From positions 1 to 41,446 of IMG/VR virus record IMGVR_UViG_3300024275_000016: a DNA stretch of 41,446 nucleotides, one strand, 5' to 3'. This DNA comes from a virus. Taxonomy: Duplodnaviria; Caudoviricetes. This document shows, in pieces, positions 15,389 to 24,997 of the stretch. Both the position numbers and the translations under genes were made by a program. A model generated the notes under the pieces. It searched no databases and had not been told where the DNA came from. It saw only the letters and a program-made list of their open reading frames with translations. The stretch's first letter is position 1; every line of letters begins with the position of its first letter.

Positions 15389-16719
15389 AGTTCCCTCACG
15401 CCTTCCTTCCGGATGGAATCGTTAGATTGCTCGAGCTCCCCCATGGCCTGGTTTGCCTGCTGCTCCACGACCGCTGGATCACGTCCGTACTCCTTGCATA
15501 GCTCTCTGGCCAGGCCCATCACCAACGCCCGGAGGTAGACCGGGGGGAAGGTCGCCGCGTCCGTCAGGGCATCGAAATGCCACATCTGCCTCCACACCCA
15601 CAGGTCCAGCCAGATGCCCGTGGGCGTGCCCAAAGCCGGAGGGATGACGATAGAGCAGGTGGCGCTGACAGTGGAAGTGGCGCCGCCGCCGCCGATACCA
15701 ACGGGGGTTCCGGGAATGATGAACGTGCCGGGGGAATTCTGGTTGTGGTACTCCGTTGTGATCCAGTTGGCGGAAAGCTCGACGTTCAGGATATGCAACT
15801 CATCGACGTTGCCCGTTTTAAATCCGATATCAAAAAACTTGGCTACCCGCCCTGTAGTGGAACCGCCGTTATCGGCTGTCCAGCCACCGGATACCGCCGT
15901 GCTGCCATCACTGTAAACCCGGCCAGTTGCCGCCGGTGGAGTGCTCTCTGTCCCTGCCACATAGTGCCAGCTTCCGTTCGTGATATTCGTGGCGGTGGTT
16001 GCGACGGTCTCGCCCGCTCCGTTCGTTGAGTAAATTTTAAACTTCCCGTCCACGTCCGTATAAAACACGCATCCAAACCCGTCCGCACGGCGTGGATCCC
16101 ATATCGGAAACATTCCAGTGGTCTTCACCCATGCCGTGCATGAAATCTGGCCGAAAGGCTGCTGCGCGGGAATTGCGAGATTCTCACTGCTGGCAGCGGT
16201 GAAGGATTGCCCGTTGCCAATCTTTCCCGCCGTCTGAGTTGAGAGGTTGACCGTGCTGTGATAGCCGTGCGAGGTCGAGTCGAGCGCCTGCGCGTTGCTC
16301 GCTTCGTTCAGGTGGTAGACCGCGACGAACTGGGATCCCCACACCGCCTGGGAACCGAACGCCGCGTTCGCCGCGGGCTGGGTGATGCCTCCGCCAGCCT
16401 TGTACCAGACGTAGATCGTCACGTCCGATGCCGTAAGGACGTTGACGGGAACCCAGATCTCCGCAGAGGCTAAAGAGGGGTTGGCGTTTTGAGCCCAGGT
16501 AACGATCTCGCACGCCAGTTGAGAGGCTCCGGCGCTATCGGATGAGAAGCGGATATCCCCGCCATCGGACTGCGCGGCATTGCTCCCCCCTGCCGTCACC
16601 ATTTCCGCGGGGAGACACGCTGCCGTGATTAAGACAGGGAATGCCGTCTGGTCCGCCGGGACCTGTCCATGCTGGACGACCAGGGCGCACTGTCTTGTCC
16701 ATCCCGTTGGAAATGCCAT
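15385..16719 (-). CDS. DUF2341 + LamG/concanavalin-like protein fused to adaptor C-terminal half; probable receptor-binding protein
   Basis: AQSDGGDIRF, VTIYVWY, AVYHLNE, WHYVAGT, VDELHI, WITTEYHNQNSP; tail LDLWVW..FPPVYLRALVMGLARELCKEYGR. Confidence 0.75.
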   Translation of the reverse strand: MAFPTGWTRQCALVVQHGQVPADQTAFPVLITAACLPAEMVTAGGSNAAQSDGGDIRFSSDSAGASQLACEIVTWAQNANPSLASAEIWVPVNVLTASDVTIYVWYKAGGGITQPAANAAFGSQAVWGSQFVAVYHLNEASNAQALDSTSHGYHSTVNLSTQTAGKIGNGQSFTAASSENLAIPAQQPFGQISCTAWVKTTGMFPIWDPRRADGFGCVFYTDVDGKFKIYSTNGAGETVATTATNITNGSWHYVAGTESTPPAATGRVYSDGSTAVSGGWTADNGGSTTGRVAKFFDIGFKTGNVDELHILNVELSANWITTEYHNQNSPGTFIIPGTPVGIGGGGATSTVSATCSIVIPPALGTPTGIWLDLWVWRQMWHFDALTDAATFPPVYLRALVMGLARELCKEYGRDPAVVEQQANQAMGELEQSNDSIRKEGVREL

Positions 16720-16725
16720 ATATGT

Positions 16726-18816
16726 CTAGGTAATCGTCGCCGTGACAGTGAAGTGGTAGTGGCCGTCGGTCGTCGGGGTGCCGGTCACCTGACCTGTCGC
16801 GGTGTTCAGCGTGAGACCCGGGGGGAGCGCTCCGCCTGTGATGGAGTAGACGACGGTCGCCCCCGAGGGAATGTCGGTTACCGGAAAGGTGTGGCTGTAG
16901 GGTACTCCAATCTCGCCCCCCGGCGGGGACCCGCAGCCTATGCCGGACGCCGGTAGGTCCGTTACCGTGATGGTGATGTCGCAGGTGCCGACTGTGCTGC
17001 CGGAGTCGTCGCTCACCTGGACCGTGAATTCAAAGGCACCCGCCAGTGTGGGGGTGCCCGAGACCTCGCCGGTCAGGGAGTCGAGCGTGAGGCCCGGGGG
17101 GAGAGTTCCGTCGATAATGGCGAACGTGAACGGTGGCGTGCCGCCGGATACCGGGAACGCGTGATGGTATTCGACCCCCACCACGCCGTTCGGGGGACCG
17201 CCGCAGCCGAGTCCCAGAGTGGAGGCGATGACGGTGATGCTGCAGTCCGCCGTGCCGGTAGCATGGTCCGCGTCCGTTACCGTTATGGTGATGGGATAGC
17301 TGCCTGCCAGTGTGGGGGTGCCGGAGACACTGCCCGTGCTGCCCGTGAGCGTGAGTCCGGGGGGAAGAGTTCCGGCGGTCACGGTGAAGACATAGGGCGC
17401 GGTTCCTCCGGTTGCCGGGAAAGTATGCGAGTAGGCTGTCCCGACCACGCCACCGGGAGGGGACCCGCAGGTTACTGCAGGAGCGCCGCCGCCGCCCCCG
17501 CCTGACGGGGGGAAGACAAGCAGCTTGGATGTCTCGATCGGGAGTCCAGTGCCTCCATCATCAACGCCCTCGAAATTACCCAGCACCCCCAAACCGATTC
17601 CCGGCCCGGACCAGACCCCTACTTGACCGGCTCCCCAGTGCACGGTGCCGCCATCAAACGGTCCCATGACGCTGGTCTCTGCCGTCCAGGTGGTCAGGTC
17701 GCTGGCCGCTGCGGTGGAGCTGCGGATCTCGCCCAGTTTGCCGTTGATATTCCAGGTGTGCGGGACACCCGTCTGGGTCCAGAAAGCATGGAGGGTTCCG
17801 TCCAGAATGTTGAGGGCGGCGAGCCAGTCCGGGGCGATAACCGGATCTTGCACCACGTTTGCCGTGGAAGGCAGATTATGGAATGTCCAGCCGGGGCTTA
17901 GGGTGCCGCCGGCAGCGGAGTAGATGACCAGGTCTCCGTTATCTCCGTCGCTTGACCGGTTGCGCACGCCGAGGAAAGCAATCGTATCGGATGGGGCCGG
18001 GAAGTCCAGCAGGTTGCTTGTGTCGTTCTGAAAGTATGCATTCGTCTCAATTGTCTGGAAGGTCCCAAAGCTTCCAGCGGGGGACATTCCCACGTGATAC
18101 CAGAAGTGAAAGTCGTTGCCGGCCGACAGGATTACATGCAGGTTGCCTGACGCATCGATGCCGGCGCAGCGCTCGAGATACGCCACCGACGCCCCCGCCT
18201 GGCCGGCGAGTGCTATCCCGGCACCGCAGGAGGCACCGTTGAAGGGCGCGACAAAGATCCTGGAGTATTTGTTCGCGCCGATGGCCTCCACGCCCGTATA
18301 GAGAAGCAGCATGTCACCGGGGCCCCTGCGGAGCAGGTGCAGGCAGATGCCAGAACGGATCGGATAAGAGGTGCCGCTCCAGCCCTTCCAGACGGTGGGG
18401 GCCCCGCTGAGTGGACCGCCCGCACCAAAACTGCCGGCCGCCAGGTTGTAAGTGAATAGCAGAAGCGGACCCGTGGTTTGATCAGCGGAAGTCGCGCCAG
18501 TGCCATCGATGTCAACCGCCATCAGGTAGACGGTACTGCCATCCATGCAAGTCGTATAAGTGGGTACGGCATTGGGGAGAACGCCGGCAATCGGAGGGAT
18601 ATTGATATTGCCGGTGTCGGTCCAGGTGGCGCCCAAGTCGGTGCTCTTCAAGGCGTGGATACGAAGATCACCGACCCCAAATTCGGACCCCTGATAGAGA
18701 AACAGGTATTGAGCCCCTGCGTACTCATAGCCGCCGATGGCGCCGGGGATAGGAGCATTTGGACACTGGCGGAAATCCCAGCCCAGGCCCGAATTCGGCA
18801 GATTGATTACACTCAT
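16726..18816 (-). CDS. tail/virion protein with BNR-like N-terminal region and three putative Ig (He_PIG) repeats
   Basis: KSTDLGATW Asp-box; three repeats of PxGxVGxxYxHxF..GxLPPGLTLxxxTGxVSGTPT. Confidence 0.75.
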   Translation of the reverse strand: MSVINLPNSGLGWDFRQCPNAPIPGAIGGYEYAGAQYLFLYQGSEFGVGDLRIHALKSTDLGATWTDTGNINIPPIAGVLPNAVPTYTTCMDGSTVYLMAVDIDGTGATSADQTTGPLLLFTYNLAAGSFGAGGPLSGAPTVWKGWSGTSYPIRSGICLHLLRRGPGDMLLLYTGVEAIGANKYSRIFVAPFNGASCGAGIALAGQAGASVAYLERCAGIDASGNLHVILSAGNDFHFWYHVGMSPAGSFGTFQTIETNAYFQNDTSNLLDFPAPSDTIAFLGVRNRSSDGDNGDLVIYSAAGGTLSPGWTFHNLPSTANVVQDPVIAPDWLAALNILDGTLHAFWTQTGVPHTWNINGKLGEIRSSTAAASDLTTWTAETSVMGPFDGGTVHWGAGQVGVWSGPGIGLGVLGNFEGVDDGGTGLPIETSKLLVFPPSGGGGGGAPAVTCGSPPGGVVGTAYSHTFPATGGTAPYVFTVTAGTLPPGLTLTGSTGSVSGTPTLAGSYPITITVTDADHATGTADCSITVIASTLGLGCGGPPNGVVGVEYHHAFPVSGGTPPFTFAIIDGTLPPGLTLDSLTGEVSGTPTLAGAFEFTVQVSDDSGSTVGTCDITITVTDLPASGIGCGSPPGGEIGVPYSHTFPVTDIPSGATVVYSITGGALPPGLTLNTATGQVTGTPTTDGHYHFTVTATIT

Positions 18817-18980
18817 TTAGGGGTCAATTTCAAGGCCTGGTTCAACCGCTCGCGCCGCTTCTGGCAGGGGCTGCAGGGTTTGATGCCTAGTTTGGTGGTT
18901 ATTTTGGCTACCAGGTCGCCGGCGCCGGTCTCTTCCTTGAGGCCGGGTACGCGGAGGGTTAGTTTTGGCTCTTCTCCCAT
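18813..18980 (-). CDS. small CxxC protein (55 aa, not in ORF track)
   Basis: MGEEPKL..GAGDLVAKITTKLGIKPCSPCQKRRERLN; fills the gap with an ATGA overlap. Confidence 0.6.
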   Translation of the reverse strand: MGEEPKLTLRVPGLKEETGAGDLVAKITTKLGIKPCSPCQKRRERLNQALKLTPK

Positions 18981-18981
18981 G

Positions 18982-19866
18982 TCAGGGAACCATTACCACA
19001 GTGATAAGGCGGTCCTGCGCTCCCGTCGCAATAAACCTCAACGTAATGACCGACCCGTTCAGATCCGATGCGCTGAGATCGATCTTGTAGAGCCCGTTGG
19101 ATAGCTCGGCGGCAGAGTTCGTGCAGGGCCCAAATACCCCGCCGTCAATACTCCGCTGCCCTGTCACCGCCAGGCCTGTCCTGGGCGCGCCGGATGTGTC
19201 CACCATCGCGAACTCGAAGTTATTCAATCCGGTATTAGTGACTGTGTTACTTCTGATGGCGACCCGGCCGCTCAACAGGCTCACCTGGCCGGCGCCGGTG
19301 CCCGAAGAAAGCAGCACGCTCGCGCCCAGGTCACGGGCGGTCTGCGAGGTCCCGTTGACCTTGAGCACGTCCACCCGTCCCGAGGAATCGACCGCCAGCG
19401 GAAGGCCGCCGCTTGCACCCGCCGCCACATTGGGCAGGGCCGTGAGCCCGGCGCGCACCGCGTCGTATGGGTTCAGGCTGGTGAGCGGGATCAGCGCGTC
19501 CGTCTCAGCCGCTCCCGTGGCTCCCAAGATCGAGATCAGCAGGCTCTTCGCGTTCGACACCGCGAAACGCGCGTCCGCGATCTGGATTTCGTAGACGCCC
19601 TTGTGGTTGGTGGCATCCACCTCCTTAAACCGGCATTTCGTTGCGGTGGGCGCGGCATACGTTCCCAGAGTCGTGATGGTTTCGATGGTGGAACCTGCCT
19701 GCGTGTAGGACGTCGCGGTTGCTTCGTTGTCCGCGATGGTCGAGATGATCAGGCCGGAGCTTGAAAATGTGAGTCCGGTTTTCCCGGCGCCCGTGGTGGC
19801 GGCGGAGTCGAGGATCTTGACGCGCAGGACGATCGAGGTCTGCCCTCGCGCGAAGCTGATAAGCAT
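18982..19866 (-). CDS. virion structural / tail-fibre-associated protein
   Basis: 294 aa Thr/Ala/Gly-rich beta protein with internally similar ends (TGLT..GVYEIQI / TGLA..GLYKIDL). Confidence 0.6.
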   Translation of the reverse strand: MLISFARGQTSIVLRVKILDSAATTGAGKTGLTFSSSGLIISTIADNEATATSYTQAGSTIETITTLGTYAAPTATKCRFKEVDATNHKGVYEIQIADARFAVSNAKSLLISILGATGAAETDALIPLTSLNPYDAVRAGLTALPNVAAGASGGLPLAVDSSGRVDVLKVNGTSQTARDLGASVLLSSGTGAGQVSLLSGRVAIRSNTVTNTGLNNFEFAMVDTSGAPRTGLAVTGQRSIDGGVFGPCTNSAAELSNGLYKIDLSASDLNGSVITLRFIATGAQDRLITVVMVP

Positions 19867-21051
19867 TCAGAGTAATCCTCCTGATTGCGTGGGTATTCCG
19901 CCCGAGAGAATGCGACGTGTATATTGCGGGGCTGGCCCGCCCGAAGGCGTGACATCAGTCCGCGTGCCTGCGACGATAAACGTACTTGGCGAGTGCTCGT
20001 TGTTGTATGCAGTAGAAATCCAGGAGGCAGACCGAGCAATCCCTTTTGAGATTCGCAATTCGTCCAGATCCGCTGCCAGGAGCAGAGAGTTTGAACTTCG
20101 GCGGCGACCAATATTAAACTCCTGCGAATTGGCAATCGTGTTCGCGCCGAGGTTGTTGTCTCCTGTTGTGGTTGCTGTGGATGACCCGTTCAAGTACGCC
20201 GTCACCCCGCTTGCCAGGTGATTGCCGCTATACGTAAATACGATATGCTTCCAGGTGCCGTCGTTGATGGTTGAGTTGATATGTACATCCATATCAACTG
20301 CCCCGGCATTGTTGCTTAAGAGCGCAAAGTTGATCTGCCCGCCTGAGACAAAGACTTGATAGCCTCGAAAAGTAGAACTTCCGTCCATCTTCTCAAAGAC
20401 CATTCTCGTCCCTGTATCGGTGAACAGTATCCAAAATTCAAAAGTGAATGAGTCTGAATACTCCAGTTGGAGCGCGGCGACATCCGCTGTGTGAACGTAC
20501 GGGCCGACATTGAAAAAGGCGTACCCATCGATAACCCCAGCGGTAGAGCCGTCCACTGCTCCAGGAGGGCCGACTGCGATGGGAGAGTTTTTCCCGGTGG
20601 AGTCAGCTACAGACAGCGTTGATCCATTCGGGAAATGCTGCACCAAGCTGTAGTTGGTGTCCCACACCGCATTAGCCCCAAAGGATGCGTTGGCCGCTGG
20701 CTGCGACAGACCGCCGCCGCCACTCCACCATACATAGATGGTTACATCCGATCCGGTCAGCACGTCGCGCGGAACGTGGATCTCGGCTCGCGCACTTGAA
20801 AAGGTAGCATTCTGGGACCAGCGCACCACCTCGCAGGCGATCTGCGTAGCGCCCGCGCTGTCCGTCGAAAAGCGCAGGTCTCCGCCGTCCGACTGCGCCG
20901 CGTGCGGATCGCCCGTGGTGAGGATTTCAGGGCAGTTGGTGGCAAAGCTCGCCTCGGTGATAAGCACGGGAAACGCGGTCTGATCGGCAGTCACCTGCCC
21001 GTGCTGGACAACCAACGCCGCGCGACAAAGCCAGCCTGTAGGGAATGCCAT
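19867..21051 (-). CDS. DUF2341 + LamG/concanavalin-like protein (paralogue of 15385..16719)
   Basis: MAFPTGW..ALVVQHGQV.ADQTAFPVLIT shared N-terminus; FTFEFWI, NDGTWKHIVFTY, LDELRIS. Confidence 0.8.
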   Translation of the reverse strand: MAFPTGWLCRAALVVQHGQVTADQTAFPVLITEASFATNCPEILTTGDPHAAQSDGGDLRFSTDSAGATQIACEVVRWSQNATFSSARAEIHVPRDVLTGSDVTIYVWWSGGGGLSQPAANASFGANAVWDTNYSLVQHFPNGSTLSVADSTGKNSPIAVGPPGAVDGSTAGVIDGYAFFNVGPYVHTADVAALQLEYSDSFTFEFWILFTDTGTRMVFEKMDGSSTFRGYQVFVSGGQINFALLSNNAGAVDMDVHINSTINDGTWKHIVFTYSGNHLASGVTAYLNGSSTATTTGDNNLGANTIANSQEFNIGRRRSSNSLLLAADLDELRISKGIARSASWISTAYNNEHSPSTFIVAGTRTDVTPSGGPAPQYTRRILSGGIPTQSGGLL

Positions 21052-21055
21052 AGCC

Positions 21056-21343
21056 CTAAAATCCTATGTCCCCCACACCGAACCCGATAAGTTGCCAGGG
21101 GCCGCCCTTGCCGGTCACCCCCCCTCCCGCCCCCGCTCCCGGTGCACTTTCACCAGCTGCTGCACAACACTCTTCCAGGGCTTTCTCGGTGGCTGCCACC
21201 GCTTGCCGCACGGCCTCTTTGACCGCGAGGTCGAAGAGGCTCTGGAAATACATGATCCAGGTGCGGGTCCACCGGCCGTCGGCATCGAATGCCGGCGACT
21301 CCTTCGGGATGCGCGGTTCCCGGGGTTCGCGGGGCTCCGCCAT
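21056..21343 (-). CDS. hypothetical tail protein
   Basis: MAEPREP..DADGRWTRTWIMYFQSL; follows the gp10-like gene with TAATG overlap. Confidence 0.6.
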   Translation of the reverse strand: MAEPREPREPRIPKESPAFDADGRWTRTWIMYFQSLFDLAVKEAVRQAVAATEKALEECCAAAGESAPGAGAGGGVTGKGGPWQLIGFGVGDIGF

Positions 21344-23103
21344 TACTTGCCTACCTTCGCGGTGATATCGGCCCCCAGCCACGGGCCGTTGTCCGTGCCC
21401 TGCTGGGTGATGCGGAACACCCTGCCGCGGGCACACCCCAGGCGCCACCACTGCACCCGCTTCAGGAAGGCGCCAGTGGCCCCCCCGGTTGCTGTGCGCG
21501 GCGTGCTCCAGGTGTGCCCGTAGTCGTCGCTGGTTTCCAAGGTGAAGCTGGGCTCATCTTCCGCCGTGCCGGCCTCGCGGTCAAGGAAGAGGCGGGAGAA
21601 GAAGAAACGCTTGTTGTCGGCGGCCACGTGCGGCGTGGTGCGAATGTAGCGGATGTCCGTTCCGTCATCGTCCGGGAAGTCGAAGGACATCTCGTAGATT
21701 TTCCCGGTGGTGCGATCGCCAACGAAGTGCCGCGGCTGCAATTTCTCGCCTTCCCCCACCGGCAACAGTCCGGTATAGGCGTGGCACCTCCCGCGGAACT
21801 GGTGCAGTTCCTGGGCGTCGAGGGCGCCCTCGAGCGAGCCCCACTCGTGCCAGAAGCCCGTTGCCTCGTCGTATACCCAGGTGACCCCGAGCGGGGTGTC
21901 ATCGTCGGCTAAATCCGCGGTCGGAAAGGTGAGTACCCAGAACGAATGCCTGTCGATAACTACCGGATAGCCGATGGCATCGTCCACCCGTTTGTACGTG
22001 CGCCATACCTGCTCGATCGCCGGCGTGGACACCGGCTTAGGGACGAACCCCTGCGCCTGCCAGGCTGTCAGCGCGCCGCGGGCGTCACCGCCCAGCCAGT
22101 AGACGCCGCCGGGCAGCTGCGACAACGACCAAGTGGCCACGCAGCCCTGGTGCATGAAGGCTCCCTTGTCGCTCGCGAAGGGCGAGTTGGAATCCCCGGA
22201 GTCCCGATATACCTCTGAGGTCTGCCGGCCCATCACGTAGAGTTCTTCATGGTCTGCGATGATACTGGCCACCGAGTCCGGGTAGCCGTCTTTCACGAAA
22301 AAGTCTCCGGCCTCCCAGATCAGCCCGTTATTGGGGGTGCAGAAGCGCACGATCTTGCCGTCAATCCCGTAGTTCCCGGTTTTTGGTTGCTGCGCGATGA
22401 AATATCCGTCGAGATATGCACCCGTCACCGCCACCAGGAATTCGGTGCCGCTGTACTCCTCCGCGGTCCCTCCCGTTGCACCGAGGAGTCCGGCGGGGAC
22501 GTTGAGTACCGCGCTTGCCGGTGTCGTGTCGGTCGCCGGCATGAACGCGATAATCTTGACGAGCTGCAAAGTGAACCCGGTTCCGCCGCCGGTGATGAGC
22601 AGGTAGCTGCCAACATCGGCTTCCGTGAATGGGGTCAGTACGGAACTGATGACGGTATTATTGACGGCTGAGATTGCGAGATCAGTGTAGGTGCCGATCT
22701 GCAGTGGCGGCTGAACCATGGCCGTGCCATTGGCCACGAACCCCTTGCCCGCGGAGACCACGAATAGCTGGTTGCCGTTGGCGAACATCTGCACCGGCGT
22801 GTGGTCGTCGTCGTCGCCAATCTCGTTATCCGTGACCGGGGAGGTCGCGGTGCCGTCCGCGAAGATCTCGTACAGTTTGCTACCGCCCGCGGCAAATAGA
22901 CGGTCCTCTCCAGCCCAGAGGCCTCGGACGGGGGCTGTCGGGAGCGTACAGAACAGCTTCAGCCCGGGGCGCGCCCGCAGGATGGTCTTGTTGGGCTCCG
23001 TGCCGGTGTTCGCCTCAACAAAGCGGTTCAGCGACTGCTGGCACGCCACGTTGATGGAGCTGTGCTGGTAGCTGCCTCCGATGAATCCCTGAAATTCACT
23101 CAT
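21343..23103 (-). CDS. tail hub / packaged-DNA stabilisation protein (P22 gp10-like)
   Basis: 586 aa; RPGLK, YLDGYFI, TWVYDEATGFWHEW, SDDYGHTWS, WWRLGCARGRVFRI. Confidence 0.85.
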   Translation of the reverse strand: MSEFQGFIGGSYQHSSINVACQQSLNRFVEANTGTEPNKTILRARPGLKLFCTLPTAPVRGLWAGEDRLFAAGGSKLYEIFADGTATSPVTDNEIGDDDDHTPVQMFANGNQLFVVSAGKGFVANGTAMVQPPLQIGTYTDLAISAVNNTVISSVLTPFTEADVGSYLLITGGGTGFTLQLVKIIAFMPATDTTPASAVLNVPAGLLGATGGTAEEYSGTEFLVAVTGAYLDGYFIAQQPKTGNYGIDGKIVRFCTPNNGLIWEAGDFFVKDGYPDSVASIIADHEELYVMGRQTSEVYRDSGDSNSPFASDKGAFMHQGCVATWSLSQLPGGVYWLGGDARGALTAWQAQGFVPKPVSTPAIEQVWRTYKRVDDAIGYPVVIDRHSFWVLTFPTADLADDDTPLGVTWVYDEATGFWHEWGSLEGALDAQELHQFRGRCHAYTGLLPVGEGEKLQPRHFVGDRTTGKIYEMSFDFPDDDGTDIRYIRTTPHVAADNKRFFFSRLFLDREAGTAEDEPSFTLETSDDYGHTWSTPRTATGGATGAFLKRVQWWRLGCARGRVFRITQQGTDNGPWLGADITAKVGK

Positions 23104-23786
23104 GCGGGCTGTTGTGGGGGAGCCGGAGGAGGTGGCGGATCTTCCTGCGCCGCGAAGTTGGCAATATTCAGACCGGAGACTGCCCCCAGCGACTTCTGCG
23201 CCTCGGTGATGACAAGCGGGGAAGGCTCGCGTTCGTATTCCGGCGCCAGGTCCACCGCCAGGTTGTAGCGGATGGCCTTGAGGTATGCCGGCGGCAGATC
23301 GACGTCATCGTCGAGGGCGAACGTCGGCAGATCCAGCCACATCACCAGTTCCAGCGTGGTTGTGCTGAGCTTGGGCACGGGGTTTAGCTGAATCTTCGCG
23401 AGCGGCCAGTCGTTGTCTATGTACAACACCAGCGGCTGCTTCGCCTGCGCTGATTTCTCGGGGATACTCGCGAACATCTTGGACGTGACCAGGGCCAGGT
23501 CGGTGCGCAGTTCGTTTTCCTGGATGACGCCGGCGCTTTCGATCTTGACCGGCCGTCCAGTATCGAAGTCGCCTCCGGTCCCTATCGTGTAGACCGCCTG
23601 GCCCGCCGTAAGAGGGAAGGTCTCCGTCCTCTTCGTGTAGACCAGAGGATGCAGGGCACGCCAATTGTCGATCAGCGTGTTCAGCGTGATCAAACCATCG
23701 GTCAGCTCATCGACGTTAGGTGTCTCGCCCGGCTGCCCGACGTTGATCAGCCGGAGGCTTGAGGTAATGAGTTCGGTGACCGTCAT
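23100..23786 (-). CDS. head-tail adaptor (P22 gp4-like), copy 2
   Basis: Paralogue of 23783..24508 (LRL, YTIG, RPV.I, LELxxW, LPxxYxxAIxYNLAV); synteny. Confidence 0.75.
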   Translation of the reverse strand: MTVTELITSSLRLINVGQPGETPNVDELTDGLITLNTLIDNWRALHPLVYTKRTETFPLTAGQAVYTIGTGGDFDTGRPVKIESAGVIQENELRTDLALVTSKMFASIPEKSAQAKQPLVLYIDNDWPLAKIQLNPVPKLSTTTLELVMWLDLPTFALDDDVDLPPAYLKAIRYNLAVDLAPEYEREPSPLVITEAQKSLGAVSGLNIANFAAQEDPPPPPAPPQQPA

Positions 23787-24508
23787 GTGGGCATCCCCGT
23801 GACGTAGTTGAATGAGCCGCCCCGGCCGCCCCCCGTGCCGAAGTCTGCCGAGGGGACCGCCGGCGAGGGGGCGTTGTTGCCCTTCACCCAGGCCATCGTG
23901 CGCCGGGCCGTGGCCAGCACGTTGGGTCGGATCGGCGTGCCGAATTGATCGTTCAGTTGCACGGCGAGGTTATAGGCGATCGCATTGGCATAACCGAGGG
24001 GCAGCGAGACCGCGGCGGCCTGCGAGGGGAAAGACGATAGCTGCTGCCACGTGAACAGCTCAAGGTCATTGGCCATGGTGGGGTAGCCCCACAGGTATAG
24101 CCGGGAATTCGGGAAGGCGCAGTCGTTGTACAGGTCGGTCGGCACGGACGTCGGGATCACGGTCACACGCCGGCGTGACCACTGTGTGTCTGTGAGCAGG
24201 TTCAGGGGAAGGTGAACCTCGCTCACACCCAGCAGCACCAGGTTGGCCTGGGTGATGCGAACCGGACGCGGGGCAATGAAGTCCGCGCCGGACGGCCCGA
24301 TGGTGTACGAGGTCTTTGACGGACTCAGGTTGTAGCGGGCCGCCTGGATGGTGTAGATCAGCTCGTCCTGAATCGTCCACGAGCCCAGCATGCGGTTGAG
24401 GGCGTCGAACGCATCCGCGAGTTCGGAGGTACTCGCGGTGCGCCCGGGCGCCCCCAATATGCCGGCCAGGCGCAGGGCCGGGTACAGCAACTCCGTCGCT
24501 ACCGACAT
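23783..24508 (-). CDS. head-tail adaptor (P22 gp4-like), copy 1
   Basis: ALRLAGILG..DALNRMLGSW..LPLGYANAIAYNLAVQL; between coat and gp10-like genes. Confidence 0.75.
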   Translation of the reverse strand: MSVATELLYPALRLAGILGAPGRTASTSELADAFDALNRMLGSWTIQDELIYTIQAARYNLSPSKTSYTIGPSGADFIAPRPVRITQANLVLLGVSEVHLPLNLLTDTQWSRRRVTVIPTSVPTDLYNDCAFPNSRLYLWGYPTMANDLELFTWQQLSSFPSQAAAVSLPLGYANAIAYNLAVQLNDQFGTPIRPNVLATARRTMAWVKGNNAPSPAVPSADFGTGGGRGGSFNYVTGMPT

Positions 24509-24516
24509 GGGTTACC

Positions 24517-24951
24517 TCACTTTTTGCCGGGGTGTTTCTTCAGGTGTGCGTCTACCGCCGAGGCCTCTTCCTTGGCCTCGGGGTCGAGTTCGATTTCAGG
24601 TGGCGGATCCGATTCGACCGGCGTGTGCGCCCAGCCTTCGGCCAGGGCCTTGTCGAGGGCCTCCTGGTCGGGAACTATCTTGTTGCGTTTGGTTGCGTGG
24701 TGGTAGACGGTTGTCGGGAATGGCTGGTACACGTATGGCGGGGTCACGGGATTATTCAAGTCAAACTCCTTTATGGCGCCTTGTGCGTCGTTTTGAGCGA
24801 CAAGCGTCCGCATGCGCTCGATTTCTTCTTGGGTTAATGCGTTCGGTGGCATGGTTGGAACGGACTGGCCGTAGATTGCGGCCTCGGCAGCCCGCTGCTG
24901 CTCCTTGGTTAGATTCGATCGGTGGAAGCTGTGGGCTTCGTTGAGGGGCAT
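24517..24951 (-). CDS. hypothetical virion-region protein
   Basis: MPLNEAH..YQPFPTTVYH..ALAEGWAHTP; start chosen at internal ATG. Confidence 0.6.
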   Translation of the reverse strand: MPLNEAHSFHRSNLTKEQQRAAEAAIYGQSVPTMPPNALTQEEIERMRTLVAQNDAQGAIKEFDLNNPVTPPYVYQPFPTTVYHHATKRNKIVPDQEALDKALAEGWAHTPVESDPPPEIELDPEAKEEASAVDAHLKKHPGKK

Positions 24952-24982
24952 AAAACTGGGCCGGCTGTTTGAGGCCGGCCCA
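24952..24982 (-). terminator. putative intrinsic terminator after the capsid genes
   Basis: TGGGCCGGC-8-GCCGGCCCA followed by GTTTT on the minus strand. Confidence 0.55.
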
Positions 24983-24997
24983 AGGGAGAAGGAATCG

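Noticed and set aside
15385-21051. Diversity-generating retroelement or shufflon acting on the receptor-binding genes
   Set aside because: No reverse transcriptase, no TR/VR pair with adenine-specific mismatches, and no inverted crossover sites seen around these genes
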